Assembly (NCBI GenBank): GCA_963832745.1
Contig: CAWHVC010000004.1
Location: 96,001 to 160,000 of the forward strand
Source of the DNA: Candidatus Bathyarchaeota archaeon
GTDB lineage: Archaea; Thermoproteota; Bathyarchaeia; Bathyarchaeales; Bathycorpusculaceae
Length of the DNA: 64,000 nt
Reading direction: 5' to 3'
Shown: positions 63,727 through 64,000 of the stretch, piece by piece
Position numbering within the stretch: position 1 is the stretch's first letter
How the letters are laid out: each line of letters opens with the position of its first letter
Made by a program: the position numbers and the translations under genes
The notes under the pieces: model-generated
The model's database searches: none
Seen by the model: only the letters and a program-made list of their open reading frames with translations
What the model was told of the DNA's origin: nothing

Positions 63727-64000
63727 ATGAAAACAAACACTGAAACCCCCCGAGTTTCTGTTGTAATTCCAACACGTAACTCTGCAAAAACTCTGGACAA
63801 ATGTCTACAAAGCATTCACTGCCAATCTTTTAACCAAATTGAAGTGATAGTAGTTGATGCGTTCAGTAGTGACGAAACCGCAAAAATAGCTAAAAGCTAT
63901 CAAGCCAAACTGGTACAGGCGAAAGGTTTTCAGTCAAAAGCCCGAAACATAGGCGTTCAAAACTCCACAGGCGACTTTGTGCTTTTTTTGGATTCAGACC
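63727..64000 (+). CDS. GT2 glycosyltransferase (partial, runs off window)
   Basis: VSVVIPTRNS...EVIVVDAFSSD...ARNIG...LFLDSD. Confidence 0.85.
   Translation, partial: MKTNTETPRVSVVIPTRNSAKTLDKCLQSIHCQSFNQIEVIVVDAFSSDETAKIAKSYQAKLVQAKGFQSKARNIGVQNSTGDFVLFLDSD

Noticed and set aside
1-64000. CRISPR array, tRNA, rRNA
   Set aside because: No regularly spaced repeats, cloverleaf/T-loop signatures or rRNA-like tracts seen by eye.

Overview
Archaeal chromosomal window, most consistent with Candidatus Bathyarchaeia (inferred from expanded membrane-anchored PQQ-like beta-propeller proteins, multiple TrmB regulators, TTG/GTG starts, TATA-like promoters and oligo-T terminators). Layout: (i) 0.6-20.5 kb surface-glycosylation island (GT2/GT4, epimerase, FkbM and SAM methyltransferases, large GT-C-like membrane proteins, NeuA-KdsC fusion, NeuB); (ii) 20.7-28 kb regulatory cluster (TrmB, PadR, MinD/ParA, wHTH) next to a degenerate polyprenyl-synthase-like enzyme, a 72-aa peptide ending in a single Trp motif (QKWPEEY), an MFS transporter and an AsnRS paralog lacking the anticodon domain; (ii) is a candidate archaeal ComQ/ComX-like prenylated-peptide signalling/RiPP system and the top finding; (iii) 28-33.8 kb VapBC, PRC-barrel, small Cys-rich proteins, TMEM175, MFS; (iv) 34-45.7 kb array of TrmB-associated beta-propeller surface proteins with a duplicated structured 3' non-coding element, the fourth copy cut off by (v) an orphan terminase module; (vi) YprB/YprA-type exonuclease-helicase, AbrB-like gene, two-component system; (vii) a second glycosylation locus running off the right end. 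Many single-base frameshifts suggest uncorrected long-read indels. No rRNA, tRNA or CRISPR array was seen.
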